From NCBI GenBank assembly GCA_035487295.1, contig DATHMH010000015.1, forward strand, positions 97,275 through 161,274: a stretch of DNA of 64,000 nucleotides, given 5' to 3'. Every line of letters begins with the position of its first letter. The first letter of the stretch is position 1. The position numbers and the translations under genes were made by a program. The stretch comes from Terriglobales bacterium (GTDB lineage Bacteria; Acidobacteriota; Terriglobia; Terriglobales; Acidobacteriaceae). Below are positions 45,666-54,496 of the stretch, in pieces. Below the pieces are notes generated by a model, which worked only from the letters and a program-made list of their open reading frames with translations, was not told the DNA's origin and did no database searches.

Positions 45666-47483
45666 ATGTGGTTTCTTCCAATTTCAATTCTCGTAGCCAC
45701 GACAATTCTTGCGATCTTCTTAAGTCGCTATCTGGCGTGGATCATGAATGGCGAATACAAAGCTCCCGGGTTCCTGCGCTGGCTGGAAGGGCGTCTCGAC
45801 AGCGGTCCACAGAACTGGAAGCAATATACGGCCTCGCTGCTCATTTTCAATACCGCGATGTTCATTTTCAGCTTCGCGGTGTTGGCGCTGCAGCCGCGGC
45901 TGCCATTGAATCCGCTGGGCCGTGGAATGTTGTCGCCGAGCACCATCTTTCACAGCACGGTCTCGTTCATCACCAACACGGATTTGCAGCACTATTCCGG
46001 AGACGTGCATTTTTCTATTTTTAGCCAGATTTTCTTCTGCATCTCGAATTTCTTCCTGTCGGCTTCAATTGGCTTCTGCGCCCTCGCGGCGATCATCCGA
46101 GCATTTCGCAGCGATACCCATCTGGGCAACTTCTTCGTGGACATGTGGCGCGTGGTGATCTATGCCTTCCTTCCCATTGCCTTTGTGTTTTCTCTGCTTT
46201 TCATTCAGCAGGGAAGTCCAATGACCTTCAAGAACGCCTACCAGGTTTCAACGCTCGAACCGGGAGCCTTAGGCATAGGTGACAACGGCCAGGCCAAGCA
46301 ACAGACGATTGTGGTTGGGCCGCTGGGCGCCTTTATGCCCATGAAACAGTTGGGCACCAACGGCGGCGGCTTTTATGGAATGAACTCGGCGCATCCTTTT
46401 GAGAATCCCACCGGATTCACCAACTGGCTCTCCTGTGTGGCCATGACGCTGTTCCCGTTTTCGCTTGTGCTGATGTATGGGCGCATGCTGAAGAAGCTGC
46501 GCCATGCATGGGTAATTTACTCGGTCATGATGCTGATGGTGATCGGCACTATTGTATGGCCGATCTACTATGACACCATGAAACCGAATCCCGGCCTGAC
46601 CGCGCATCCGGAAGCGCGAACCTATGAGATTCCCAGTGCGACGGCGCCGGGTGGGAAACGAGTCTTTACCCTGCCTGCGGTTGCCGGATTGCCGGTTGAT
46701 CAGCACCTCGGCAATCTCGAGGGCAAAGAGATGCGCTTTGGGACTTCAGCAGGCGCTACCTTTGCAGCCTTGACCGTGGACGTAACCTGCGGCGCGGTGA
46801 ACGCCGAGCACGATAGCCTGAACCCGATGGCGGGCCTGTCGCCGATGGTTGGAATGTGGCTGAATTGCATCTTCGGCGGCAAGGGCGTCGGGGTGATCAA
46901 CTTCCTGCTGTTCTTGGTTACTGGAATCTTTGTCGCCGGCCAGATGGTAGGGCGAACTCCGGAATACCTGGGCAAAAAGATCGGCGCCCGCGAGATGAAG
47001 CTGGCAATGATCGCACTACTCATTCATCCGATTATGATCCTGATGCCTACGGGCCTCTTTTCCGCCAACAATTGGGGCATGAAAGCGACAAATAATCCTG
47101 GGCCGCATGGTTTCTCTGAAATCATGTACCACTTCTCATCAGCCTCTGCCAATAACGGATCGGCCTTTGATGGGTTAGGAGCGACTTATGGATTCAATAA
47201 CAATCCCAGCCCGGCGCCCGAAGCGGTGCCATGGGACATTGCCTCAGGCATCGTCATCGTCCTCAGCCGTTTGATTCCGATTATCGCGCCCATTGCCCTG
47301 GCGGCGAGTTTGGGAGCGAAGAAAACCTCGCCCTTCGGATTGGGGACTTTGCGTGATGACACGCCCACGTTCGGATTTCTCATGCTGGGAACGATCGCCA
47401 TCATCGGTGCGCTGCTCTTTTTGCCCGTTGCCGCCCTTGGGCCGATTGCGGAGCACTTAGGGCCAATCCCATTTGGTGGTTGA
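45666..47483 (+). CDS. kdpA: K+-transporting ATPase subunit A (K+ channel-like subunit)
   Basis: 605 aa and polytopic. Motifs are TNTDLQHYSGD…QLGTNGGGFYGMNSAHPFENPT…SASANNGSAF. It sits in kdpFABC order. Confidence 0.9.
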   Translation: MWFLPISILVATTILAIFLSRYLAWIMNGEYKAPGFLRWLEGRLDSGPQNWKQYTASLLIFNTAMFIFSFAVLALQPRLPLNPLGRGMLSPSTIFHSTVSFITNTDLQHYSGDVHFSIFSQIFFCISNFFLSASIGFCALAAIIRAFRSDTHLGNFFVDMWRVVIYAFLPIAFVFSLLFIQQGSPMTFKNAYQVSTLEPGALGIGDNGQAKQQTIVVGPLGAFMPMKQLGTNGGGFYGMNSAHPFENPTGFTNWLSCVAMTLFPFSLVLMYGRMLKKLRHAWVIYSVMMLMVIGTIVWPIYYDTMKPNPGLTAHPEARTYEIPSATAPGGKRVFTLPAVAGLPVDQHLGNLEGKEMRFGTSAGATFAALTVDVTCGAVNAEHDSLNPMAGLSPMVGMWLNCIFGGKGVGVINFLLFLVTGIFVAGQMVGRTPEYLGKKIGAREMKLAMIALLIHPIMILMPTGLFSANNWGMKATNNPGPHGFSEIMYHFSSASANNGSAFDGLGATYGFNNNPSPAPEAVPWDIASGIVIVLSRLIPIIAPIALAASLGAKKTSPFGLGTLRDDTPTFGFLMLGTIAIIGALLFLPVAALGPIAEHLGPIPFGG

Positions 47484-47561
47484 TGAGACGAGCATTCGCA
47501 GTGGCGTATCAAAACTTTAGACAAGGATTAATCTGGCAAGCCTTCATAAGGAGTAAGTGAG

Positions 47562-49724
47562 ATGGAACCATCAACTGTTGCACAGCCGGTACTACTACCT
47601 GAAGCTATTCCGCTTGGGCCGCAGCCACCCACGCCGCCACGAGTTCGGCGGCAAGGACTGCTCACCGGGCACTTGGTCAAGGACGCGCTCAAGGAGTCGT
47701 TCGTCATGCTGCGGCCAGACATCCAGTGGAAGAACCCCGTGATGTTTGTGGTCGAGGTGGGGGCGTTTCTTACCTTGCTCTACATTGTGCAAGCACTCGT
47801 GCAGCGTTCGGCCAGCCAGGTGCCGGTGACCTATTTTATTGCGCTCGATATCTGGCTCTTCCTGACTGTGTTGTTCGCCAACTTCGCTACCGCTCTCGCC
47901 GAAGCACGCGGTAAAGCCCAGGCCGAATCGCTGCGTAAGACGCGCCGCGACACCGTTGCTTACCGTTTGCGGGGAAAGAGCATCGAAGAGGTTTCTTCTA
48001 CGAAATTGCAGCCGGATGACTGCGTGGTCGTGGAAGCAGGACAGGTGATTCCCGGCGACGGCGATGTCGTTGAAGGTATTGCTTCGGTGGATGAGTCGGC
48101 GATCACCGGCGAATCCGCGCCGGTGATTCGCGAAGCTGGCGGCGACCGCTCCGCCGTAACCGGCGGCACTACAGTTCTGTCTGACCGCATCGTAATCAAA
48201 ATCACGGCGCGCCCTGGCGAGTCGTTCCTCGATCGAATGATTGCCCTCGTTGAAGGCGCGATGCGCCAGCGGACCCCCAATGAGATTGCGCTAACGCTGG
48301 TGCTCACCGCCTTTACCCTGATCTTCCTGATCGTGGTGATTCCACTCTGGCCAATGGCGTGGAATGCCGAGCAGTACATGATGGGCTACCTGGGCATTAC
48401 GGAGCCGCTGAAGAGTCTTGGGACCGATGTTCCAACCTTGATCGCGCTCCTGGTCTGCCTCATTCCTACGACGATTGGCGCATTGCTGGCCGCCATTGGA
48501 ATCGCGGGTATGGACCGCGCTCTGCAAGCCAACATCCTCGCCAAGAGCGGCAAAGCGGTCGAAGTGGCAGGCGACATCGATATCGTGCTGCTGGATAAAA
48601 CCGGCACCATCACGATGGGCAATCGGCATGCCACCGATTTCTTGCCGGTGGATGGACATAGCTCCTCCGAGGTTGGACGGTTGGCCGCGTTGGCTTCTGC
48701 CGCCGATCAGACACCAGAAGGGAAAAGCATTGTTAAGAGATACGAAGAGCAAGGCCAAGTGCCGGTAGTCACGCCAAGCGATGCCGAGTTCGTGCCCTTC
48801 ACCGCCCAAACCCGAATGAGCGGCATTAACCTTCCCAACGGGCAGAAAATCCGCAAGGGAGCGCCCGATGCGATCATCAAATTGGTGGAAAGCGCCAGCG
48901 GCGCAATTCCTTCCGGACTTAAAGCGCTGGTGGATTCGGTAGCTTCCAAGGGCGCCACGCCTCTGGTCGTGGTGGATGGGATCAGGATCGTCGGCGTGGT
49001 CGTGCTTGAAGATATTCTGAAGCCGGCGATGCATGAACGTTTCGATCGCCTACGCAAGATGGGATTGCGCACGGTAATGATTACCGGGGACAATCCTTTA
49101 ACGGCTGCGACCATTGCCAAGCAGGCGGGGGTTGATGACTTCGTGGCACAAGCCACGCCTGAAACCAAACTGGCTTACCTGCGCAAGCAGCAGGCAGAGG
49201 GAAGGCTGGTCGCCATGATGGGCGATGGCACCAACGATGCCCCTGCGCTGGCGCAGGCCGATGTTGCGCTGGCCATGAACGCCGGCACTCAGGCAGCCAA
49301 AGAAGCCGCCAACATGGTGGACTTGGACAGCGACCCCACCAAGCTGATCGAAGTAGTGGAAATCGGCAAGCAACTGCTGATGACGCGCGGCGCGCTGACG
49401 ACGTTCTCTATCGCCAACGACGTGGCCAAGTACTTCGCCATTATCCCCGCGCTGTTCGCTGGCACGCTGCCCTGGCTGAAGACGGTTGATATTATGCATT
49501 TGCATTCAGCCACGTCGGCCATCCTTTCAGCCATTATCTTCAACGCCATCATCATTCCTCTGCTCATTCCGGTTGCGCTCAAGGGAGTGGCCTACAAGCC
49601 CCTCGGCGCAGATGCGCTATTGCGCAGGAACCTGCTGATCTGGGGCGTGGGCGGTGTGATCGTTCCCTTTATAGGAATCAAACTGATTGATGTCGTCATG
49701 GTCGGCCTGCACATGGCTTCTTGA
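47562..49724 (+). CDS. kdpB: K+-transporting P-type ATPase subunit B
   Basis: 720 aa with an RBS (aaggag). P-type motifs are [25 protein letters not shown] and [20 protein letters not shown]. Confidence 0.95.
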   Translation: MEPSTVAQPVLLPEAIPLGPQPPTPPRVRRQGLLTGHLVKDALKESFVMLRPDIQWKNPVMFVVEVGAFLTLLYIVQALVQRSASQVPVTYFIALDIWLFLTVLFANFATALAEARGKAQAESLRKTRRDTVAYRLRGKSIEEVSSTKLQPDDCVVVEAGQVIPGDGDVVEGIASVDESAITGESAPVIREAGGDRSAVTGGTTVLSDRIVIKITARPGESFLDRMIALVEGAMRQRTPNEIALTLVLTAFTLIFLIVVIPLWPMAWNAEQYMMGYLGITEPLKSLGTDVPTLIALLVCLIPTTIGALLAAIGIAGMDRALQANILAKSGKAVEVAGDIDIVLLDKTGTITMGNRHATDFLPVDGHSSSEVGRLAALASAADQTPEGKSIVKRYEEQGQVPVVTPSDAEFVPFTAQTRMSGINLPNGQKIRKGAPDAIIKLVESASGAIPSGLKALVDSVASKGATPLVVVDGIRIVGVVVLEDILKPAMHERFDRLRKMGLRTVMITGDNPLTAATIAKQAGVDDFVAQATPETKLAYLRKQQAEGRLVAMMGDGTNDAPALAQADVALAMNAGTQAAKEAANMVDLDSDPTKLIEVVEIGKQLLMTRGALTTFSIANDVAKYFAIIPALFAGTLPWLKTVDIMHLHSATSAILSAIIFNAIIIPLLIPVALKGVAYKPLGADALLRRNLLIWGVGGVIVPFIGIKLIDVVMVGLHMAS

Positions 49725-49753
49725 CGCTGAGTTCAATTAAGGAGACATCATTT

Positions 49754-50767
49754 ATGAAATACATCTCAAAGAGCTTAATACTTCTGGGCCTGACGGTAGT
49801 GATCTGCTGCATTGTTTATCCGCTGGTAGTGTGGGCGATTGGACAGACGGTGTTCCCCTTCCAGGCAAACGGCAGCCTGGTGAAAGGGCCGGATGGCACG
49901 GTGGTTGGCTCCAAGCTCATCGCGCAGCCGTTTACCAAGGACGAGTATTTCCAGCCACGTCCCTCGGCTGCGTCCTATGATGCCTCAGCGTCAGCTTCGT
50001 CAACGCTTGGTCCTTCCAACTACCTGTTGCGAGATCGTGTGGCCCGCGCGCTTGGCCCCATTGTGAAGTATCGCAGCGGGCCGACGGCCGGGCAGTTAGT
50101 GGCGCCGGATGTCGAGCAATGGTTCCAGAAAGATGTATATCAAGGCGCTCCGCATATAGTTGCACAGTGGGCCGACATGCACAATGGATTGGCAACGGCG
50201 TGGGTGAGTGCCGATCCTACTCACGCCGCGTATCTAAATGACTGGGCCAAGGCCCACCCCACGGTAGTAGCAGATTGGGTCAAAGGCAATCCGGCAACGC
50301 CCCAGCCTCAGGCCACGGATTTAGCTGTCGTGTTCTTCGAGAATTTTTCAAAGGATAATCCCGGCAAATTTCCTTCTGCGGTTACTCGTACTGGACCAGA
50401 TGGCAAACCTCAAACAACCATTGAGCCGGTCAAGGATGGCAGCGATGTCCAGTCAATCTTTTTTGATATGTGGCGCCAAGATCATGCCGATGTCGACCTT
50501 CAGGAAGTCCCCGGCGACATGGTGACCACCTCTGGCTCAGGGCTCGATCCGCACATCACCCTGCAGAATGCAGAGTTTCAGCTTGATCGCGTCTCCGCCA
50601 AATGGGCCGCAGATACAAAGCGCGACCCGGCAACCGTGCGCAATGAAATCAAGCAGATCTTGCAGGCAAACACCTCAGCGCCATTGGCGGGCCTGGCAGG
50701 AGAGAAGATGGTCAACGTGCTGGAGGTCAATCTGGAACTCCGCACGAAATACGGAGCACCACAGTAG
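49754..50767 (+). CDS. kdpC: K+-transporting ATPase subunit C, enlarged by a ~150 aa internal insertion
   Basis: Track ORF 49721..50767. The ATG at 49754 has an RBS (aaggaga) and gives MKYISKSLILLGLTVVICCIVYPLVVWAIGQ. KdpC motifs are present: QANGSLV…GSKLIAQPF…YFQPRPSA…YDASASASSTLGPSN … VPGDMVTTSGSGLDPHITLQNAEFQLDRV. The Trp-rich stretch between LGPSN and VPGDMV is the extra segment. My recollection is that typical KdpC is about 190-200 aa. Confidence 0.8.
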   Translation: MKYISKSLILLGLTVVICCIVYPLVVWAIGQTVFPFQANGSLVKGPDGTVVGSKLIAQPFTKDEYFQPRPSAASYDASASASSTLGPSNYLLRDRVARALGPIVKYRSGPTAGQLVAPDVEQWFQKDVYQGAPHIVAQWADMHNGLATAWVSADPTHAAYLNDWAKAHPTVVADWVKGNPATPQPQATDLAVVFFENFSKDNPGKFPSAVTRTGPDGKPQTTIEPVKDGSDVQSIFFDMWRQDHADVDLQEVPGDMVTTSGSGLDPHITLQNAEFQLDRVSAKWAADTKRDPATVRNEIKQILQANTSAPLAGLAGEKMVNVLEVNLELRTKYGAPQ

Positions 50768-50934
50768 GCGACTGTGGGTCGAACGGGAGAATACCCGCCC
50801 AAAAGCTCCTTATACTCTAGTTTTTTCTGCTATTAAGCCCCGCCTGGGCTTGCTGCGAGCGAACCCAAACGGCACCGAGGTACGCGTTGTAAGCGTCTGG
50901 TTCTTTCTCCGTACGCTTACGAATTTTGAACCAT

Positions 50935-51004
50935 AACAATTGATTGGAATCAAACAACTTATTAACTTTAACAATTGATTGGAATCAAACAACTTATTAA
51001 CTTT
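50935..51004. repeat. Perfect 2 x 35 bp tandem duplication, each unit carrying the palindrome TTGATTGGAATCAA
   Basis: aacaattgattggaatcaaacaacttattaacttt appears twice, back to back. It lies in the AT-rich convergent gap between kdpC and tRNA-Pro. Confidence 0.85.
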
Positions 51005-51064
51005 ATTTGACGAAAATTGAAAATGGGTTACTCGGTAATCCATTGAATTCAAAGGAATAAAAAT

Positions 51065-51141
51065 TGGTCGGGGCGACAGGATTTGAACCTGTGACCCCCT
51101 GCGCCCAAGGCAGGTGCGCTACCAGGCTGCGCTACGCCCCG
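51065..51141 (-). tRNA. tRNA-Pro (anticodon UGG), CCA encoded
   Basis: The - strand reads CGGGGCG-TA-GCGC-AGCCTGGTA-GCGC-A-CCTGC-CTTGGGC-GCAGG-GGGTC-ACAGG-TTCAAAT-CCTGT-CGCCCCG-A-CCA. This is a complete cloverleaf with anticodon loop CT-TGG-GC. Confidence 0.9.
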
Positions 51142-51370
51142 ACTGAACTAGAATTCGATTCTAAATGATTTGTTGGATTCAGTCAGTCGTTCCAGCCCAG
51201 AATAAGTGCGCGAAGAGAAATTACGGAGCTCATCGAAAAACTCTACGCATCCTGCCGCACAATCCCTCTGCTTTTCTCCGTGTCTCAGTGCCTCCGTGGT
51301 GAATAAGCTCCCAGTACTATCGCAAGCGATCCAAATTGGGAATGGAAAAGGCGCGCTGAAGTGAAAAGCG

Positions 51371-51778
51371 TCAACTGCTGAATTTAGTGAGTAACTGGGC
51401 CACTGCGTCAAGAATGTGGTCGCCAATCAAAGTCTGTTTGTTCAGAAGGCCGGAGTATTCCACGAAAGCCTCAAAGGTCCTGTTATCTTTGGTGGCGGTC
51501 ACGCGAAATTGCGAACCCGGTGGGCGGGTGATCAGGATCACGGCATTTTTGTATTCGAACCGCGCCGCCGGTCCATTCGACCAGACATAGGTCAGGTTGA
51601 GAACGGAATAAACATCCGGACGAAAATAGAGGACCAGTGTCTTCTGATACTGATTGATCTGCTTCTCCTGCTCTTCCCGCAACTTCGCCGCTTTTTCCTG
51701 GCGTGCTCTTTGATTCTCGGCGGCAATACGCGCCTGCGCGCTTTTGATGATCTCATCAATATCCGGAGTATCAGGCAT
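51371..51778 (-). CDS. Hypothetical protein (N-terminal charged helix, C-terminal beta-rich domain)
   Basis: 135 aa: MPDTPDIDEIIKSAQARIAAENQRARQEKAAKLREEQEKQINQYQ… The composition is protein-like, while the overlapping + ORF looks like a shadow frame. I recognise no family. Confidence 0.45.
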   Translation of the reverse strand: MPDTPDIDEIIKSAQARIAAENQRARQEKAAKLREEQEKQINQYQKTLVLYFRPDVYSVLNLTYVWSNGPAARFEYKNAVILITRPPGSQFRVTATKDNRTFEAFVEYSGLLNKQTLIGDHILDAVAQLLTKFSS

Positions 51779-52261
51779 TTAGCTCGTCTCCCACTCGGTT
51801 TTGAGATTGTAAACCTGATATCCCCCGGAAGCTATAACGGGTAACGAAAGTCAAAATGTGTACTCTCATGGTTCCGCCCCTGGGTCCAATGCCGGCCATG
51901 GTCTTTGGCAGGCAAGTGCCGACTTCCGCAGTGCGAAACAAACTGATATCAAACGGTTGCTTCCCACATAAAAATCAAGTCATCATGAATCTTGAAGTTT
52001 ATTCCGCATTCCACAGTGCGGAGCGGGATCTTTGAAAATTCATGGCTTGAGTTGGGATTCACGAATGCCCTTTATGCGAGGTACTTCGAACAAACGCACG
52101 AACTGATCTTTCTGCTTTCACTACTTCGCGCCCTGCCGTAAACCATTGAATGACAGCGGTTTATCACGAAATGGACTACTTCAAGTAATGGGGGAGGGGG
52201 AGCACTACTTCGGCCCGTTTTGCAGAACAATGATTCGCCGCAAGATTTGCTTCTCCTTGCA

Positions 52262-52289
52262 GCTTGGAGCTTGAAGCTGGGAGCTTGGA
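52262..52289. repeat. Degenerate heptanucleotide tandem array gcttgga|gcttgaa|gctggga|gcttgga
   Basis: Read directly. It ends about 24 nt upstream of the 2H-phosphoesterase ATG. Confidence 0.7.
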
Positions 52290-52312
52290 GGTGCAAACCT
52301 TATAATCCAGTC

Positions 52313-52888
52313 ATGGAGCCGGCTTCTTACGCGGTAGTTGCATATATCAATGGACCGCTGGCCAGTTTTGTGGAGAACCTGCGCGGCCGGCTTACGCCCG
52401 AGCAGGCCCATGTGCGTCCGCATCTCACCCTGCTTGCGCCGCGCGTGCTGGAGGCGCCCCGCGACAAGCTGCTCGCTGCCCTGAAGAGGATCTGCTACAA
52501 AGCCGAGCCCGTGCGCGTCTCGCTGGGGCAGGTAGAGGCTTTTGTTCCCGCCACCAGCACCGTCTATCTGAGTGTTCAGCAGGGAGCCTCGCAGATCAGC
52601 AGCCTGCATCAGCAGTTGAACCAGTATGGTTTTCGCGCCGAAGAACCCTGGTCCTACGTTCCGCATATCACACTGGCGAAATTTGCCGACGATGCAGCTG
52701 CGCTTACGGCTGCGGAAGAGGCGGAGGCGCAATGGTCGCGTTATGCGGGCGAGCGCGACTTCCTTGTGAAGGAACTCACCCTGGTCCGCGAGTTCGTACC
52801 CGGCAAGTGGGACGACCTCGCCAGGGTTCCTCTTGCCGCCAGCGCGCCGCAACACGAAGGTACATGCCCCGAAGCAGGCCAGCGATGA
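52313..52888 (+). CDS. 2H phosphoesterase superfamily protein (LigT/ThpR-like RNA 2',3'-cyclic phosphodiesterase)
   Basis: Track ORF 52220..52888, with an ATG at 52313 (MEPASYAVVAY…). It has two HxT/S motifs at the expected spacing: RPHLTLLAP and VPHITLAKF. Confidence 0.7.
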   Translation: MEPASYAVVAYINGPLASFVENLRGRLTPEQAHVRPHLTLLAPRVLEAPRDKLLAALKRICYKAEPVRVSLGQVEAFVPATSTVYLSVQQGASQISSLHQQLNQYGFRAEEPWSYVPHITLAKFADDAAALTAAEEAEAQWSRYAGERDFLVKELTLVREFVPGKWDDLARVPLAASAPQHEGTCPEAGQR

Positions 52889-53006
52889 ACTTCTGAAAGT
52901 ACATGTCCTCTTTCGGTCTTGCGGATAAGCTACCCAGGCATTACAAACTATATGTAAAGCAGTCTCCCCCGTAAGCACGACGATCTCCCCGGAAAGAGAA
53001 GGATGT

Positions 53007-54275
53007 ATGCAAATAGGAGTTTACGGAACCGGATACCTCGGTACCGTGGCGGCGGCCTGCCTCGCAGATTTCGGCACGCCGGTCATGGTATTCGATGAAG
53101 ACAGCTCGCGGGTGGAGTCCCTGGCCGAAGGCAACACACCTTTCTACGAGCGCAACCTTAAAGATATTCTTCGCCGCAACCTGCGCGCTGCCCGTCTGAC
53201 GTATTCCACCGAGTTGACATCTTTCGCTCAAAAATCACAAGTCATCTTTTTCGCCTCCGATTCGTACCGCTACCTTGAAGAGATCACGCAACAGATCGCG
53301 CGTGAGGCGGGAAACAACTCCATTTTTGTAATCATGACTCCGGTGCCGGTCGGCACCGCCGCCCGCATCGAAAAAGCAATTGAAGGACTGGGCAAAAGCA
53401 TCGTGATTGTCTCCCAGCCGGTTTTCCTGACCGATGGTTGCGCCGTGGAAGACTTCAACTGGCCCGACCGCATTGTCCTGGGAACCAATTCCAACCAGGC
53501 TGTGCTCCTGCTCAAGCAGGTGTATCGCCCATTGGTCATGCGCGGCGTGCCTGTCATTGTGACCAACCATGAAACTGCCGAGCTGGTGCGCGAAGCCTCC
53601 ACTGCGTTTGTGGCCACCAAGATTTCGTTCATCAACGAATTGGCTTCACTGTGTGAGCACGTAAATGCGGATGCGGTTGACCTGGCGCTGGCCCTCGGTC
53701 TGGATAAAAAAATTGCTCCTCGCTGCCTGCAACCGGGAGCCGGCTTCGGCGGTGCGTTTGTCGAGGCCGACATGGATTCTCTCGCCCAGCTCGCCATGGG
53801 CAAAGGCGTCTTGCTGCGCATCCTCACCGCCGCGCGCGAGGTCAATCGTTCGCTGACCGACCGCGTGGTCGATAAACTCTCGAAGCTGGTTGAACCCGTC
53901 TCCGGCAAGGAAGTCGGTATTCTCGGCCTGTCGTTCAAGCCCAACACCAACTCGGTGGCCGCTTCTTCCTCCATTGATCTGGCTCGCCGGCTGCTGGCCC
54001 GTGGGGCGCACGTGCGCGCCTATGATCCGGTAGCGATTCCCGATGCCAAGATCGAACTCAACGGGGCCGTCGAGTACTGCGAGAATGCTTATGACGTTGC
54101 CCAGGGGGTGGATGCCCTGGTAATCAGCACCGGCTGGCCCGAGTTCCGCGCGCTCGATTTCGACAAGATCAAGCACCTGGTGCGGCAGCCTATCATTATT
54201 GATACCAAGAACCTGCTGGATTCGACCCGTCTTCGCACTCTTGGTTTCCAATATGTTGGCATTGGCCGGGCCTAG
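53007..54275 (+). CDS. UDP-glucose/GDP-mannose dehydrogenase family protein (probable UDP-glucose 6-dehydrogenase)
   Basis: 422 aa. It has a Rossmann N-terminus (MQIGVYGTGYLGTVAAACLA), a central region (FINELASLCE…GADA..V), and a C-terminal UDP-binding domain (GILGLSFKPNTNSV…). Confidence 0.8.
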   Translation: MQIGVYGTGYLGTVAAACLADFGTPVMVFDEDSSRVESLAEGNTPFYERNLKDILRRNLRAARLTYSTELTSFAQKSQVIFFASDSYRYLEEITQQIAREAGNNSIFVIMTPVPVGTAARIEKAIEGLGKSIVIVSQPVFLTDGCAVEDFNWPDRIVLGTNSNQAVLLLKQVYRPLVMRGVPVIVTNHETAELVREASTAFVATKISFINELASLCEHVNADAVDLALALGLDKKIAPRCLQPGAGFGGAFVEADMDSLAQLAMGKGVLLRILTAAREVNRSLTDRVVDKLSKLVEPVSGKEVGILGLSFKPNTNSVAASSSIDLARRLLARGAHVRAYDPVAIPDAKIELNGAVEYCENAYDVAQGVDALVISTGWPEFRALDFDKIKHLVRQPIIIDTKNLLDSTRLRTLGFQYVGIGRA

Positions 54276-54496
54276 AGTTTCTCCTGCTGCAACTTACCCA
54301 GATGACTCGTTATCCCTCCGCGGGTCATCTGGTTCTTATTTTGTTGCATCCCGTAAGCCTATAAGTCCATCTGTTCGTAGCAGGTACGTGGCATAATAGT
54401 ATTAATTCTGCTGATAGATAAATAAAAATTATAAGCTTGTCTTATAATAGGCCGGTACCGGAAAATTAGACTTTGCACCTGGAGCAGGAGGAAGGG

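Noticed and set aside
50768-52312. Integrated mobile element at tRNA-Pro.
   Set aside because: There is no integrase, recombinase or phage gene on either side. I found no second copy of the tRNA 3' end that would mark an attL/attR pair. Only the 35-bp tandem repeat and AT-rich spacer are unusual, and these are reported separately.
54302-54364. Possible branched-chain amino-acid leader peptide MTRYPSAGHLVLILLHPVSL upstream of leuA (attenuation control).
   Set aside because: - It has no RBS.
- It starts only 27 nt after the ugd stop.
- No terminator/antiterminator hairpin with a U-run follows it.
- The best promoter-like element (ttgtct…tataat at ~54437-54450) lies downstream of the peptide.

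It is most likely a chance ORF.
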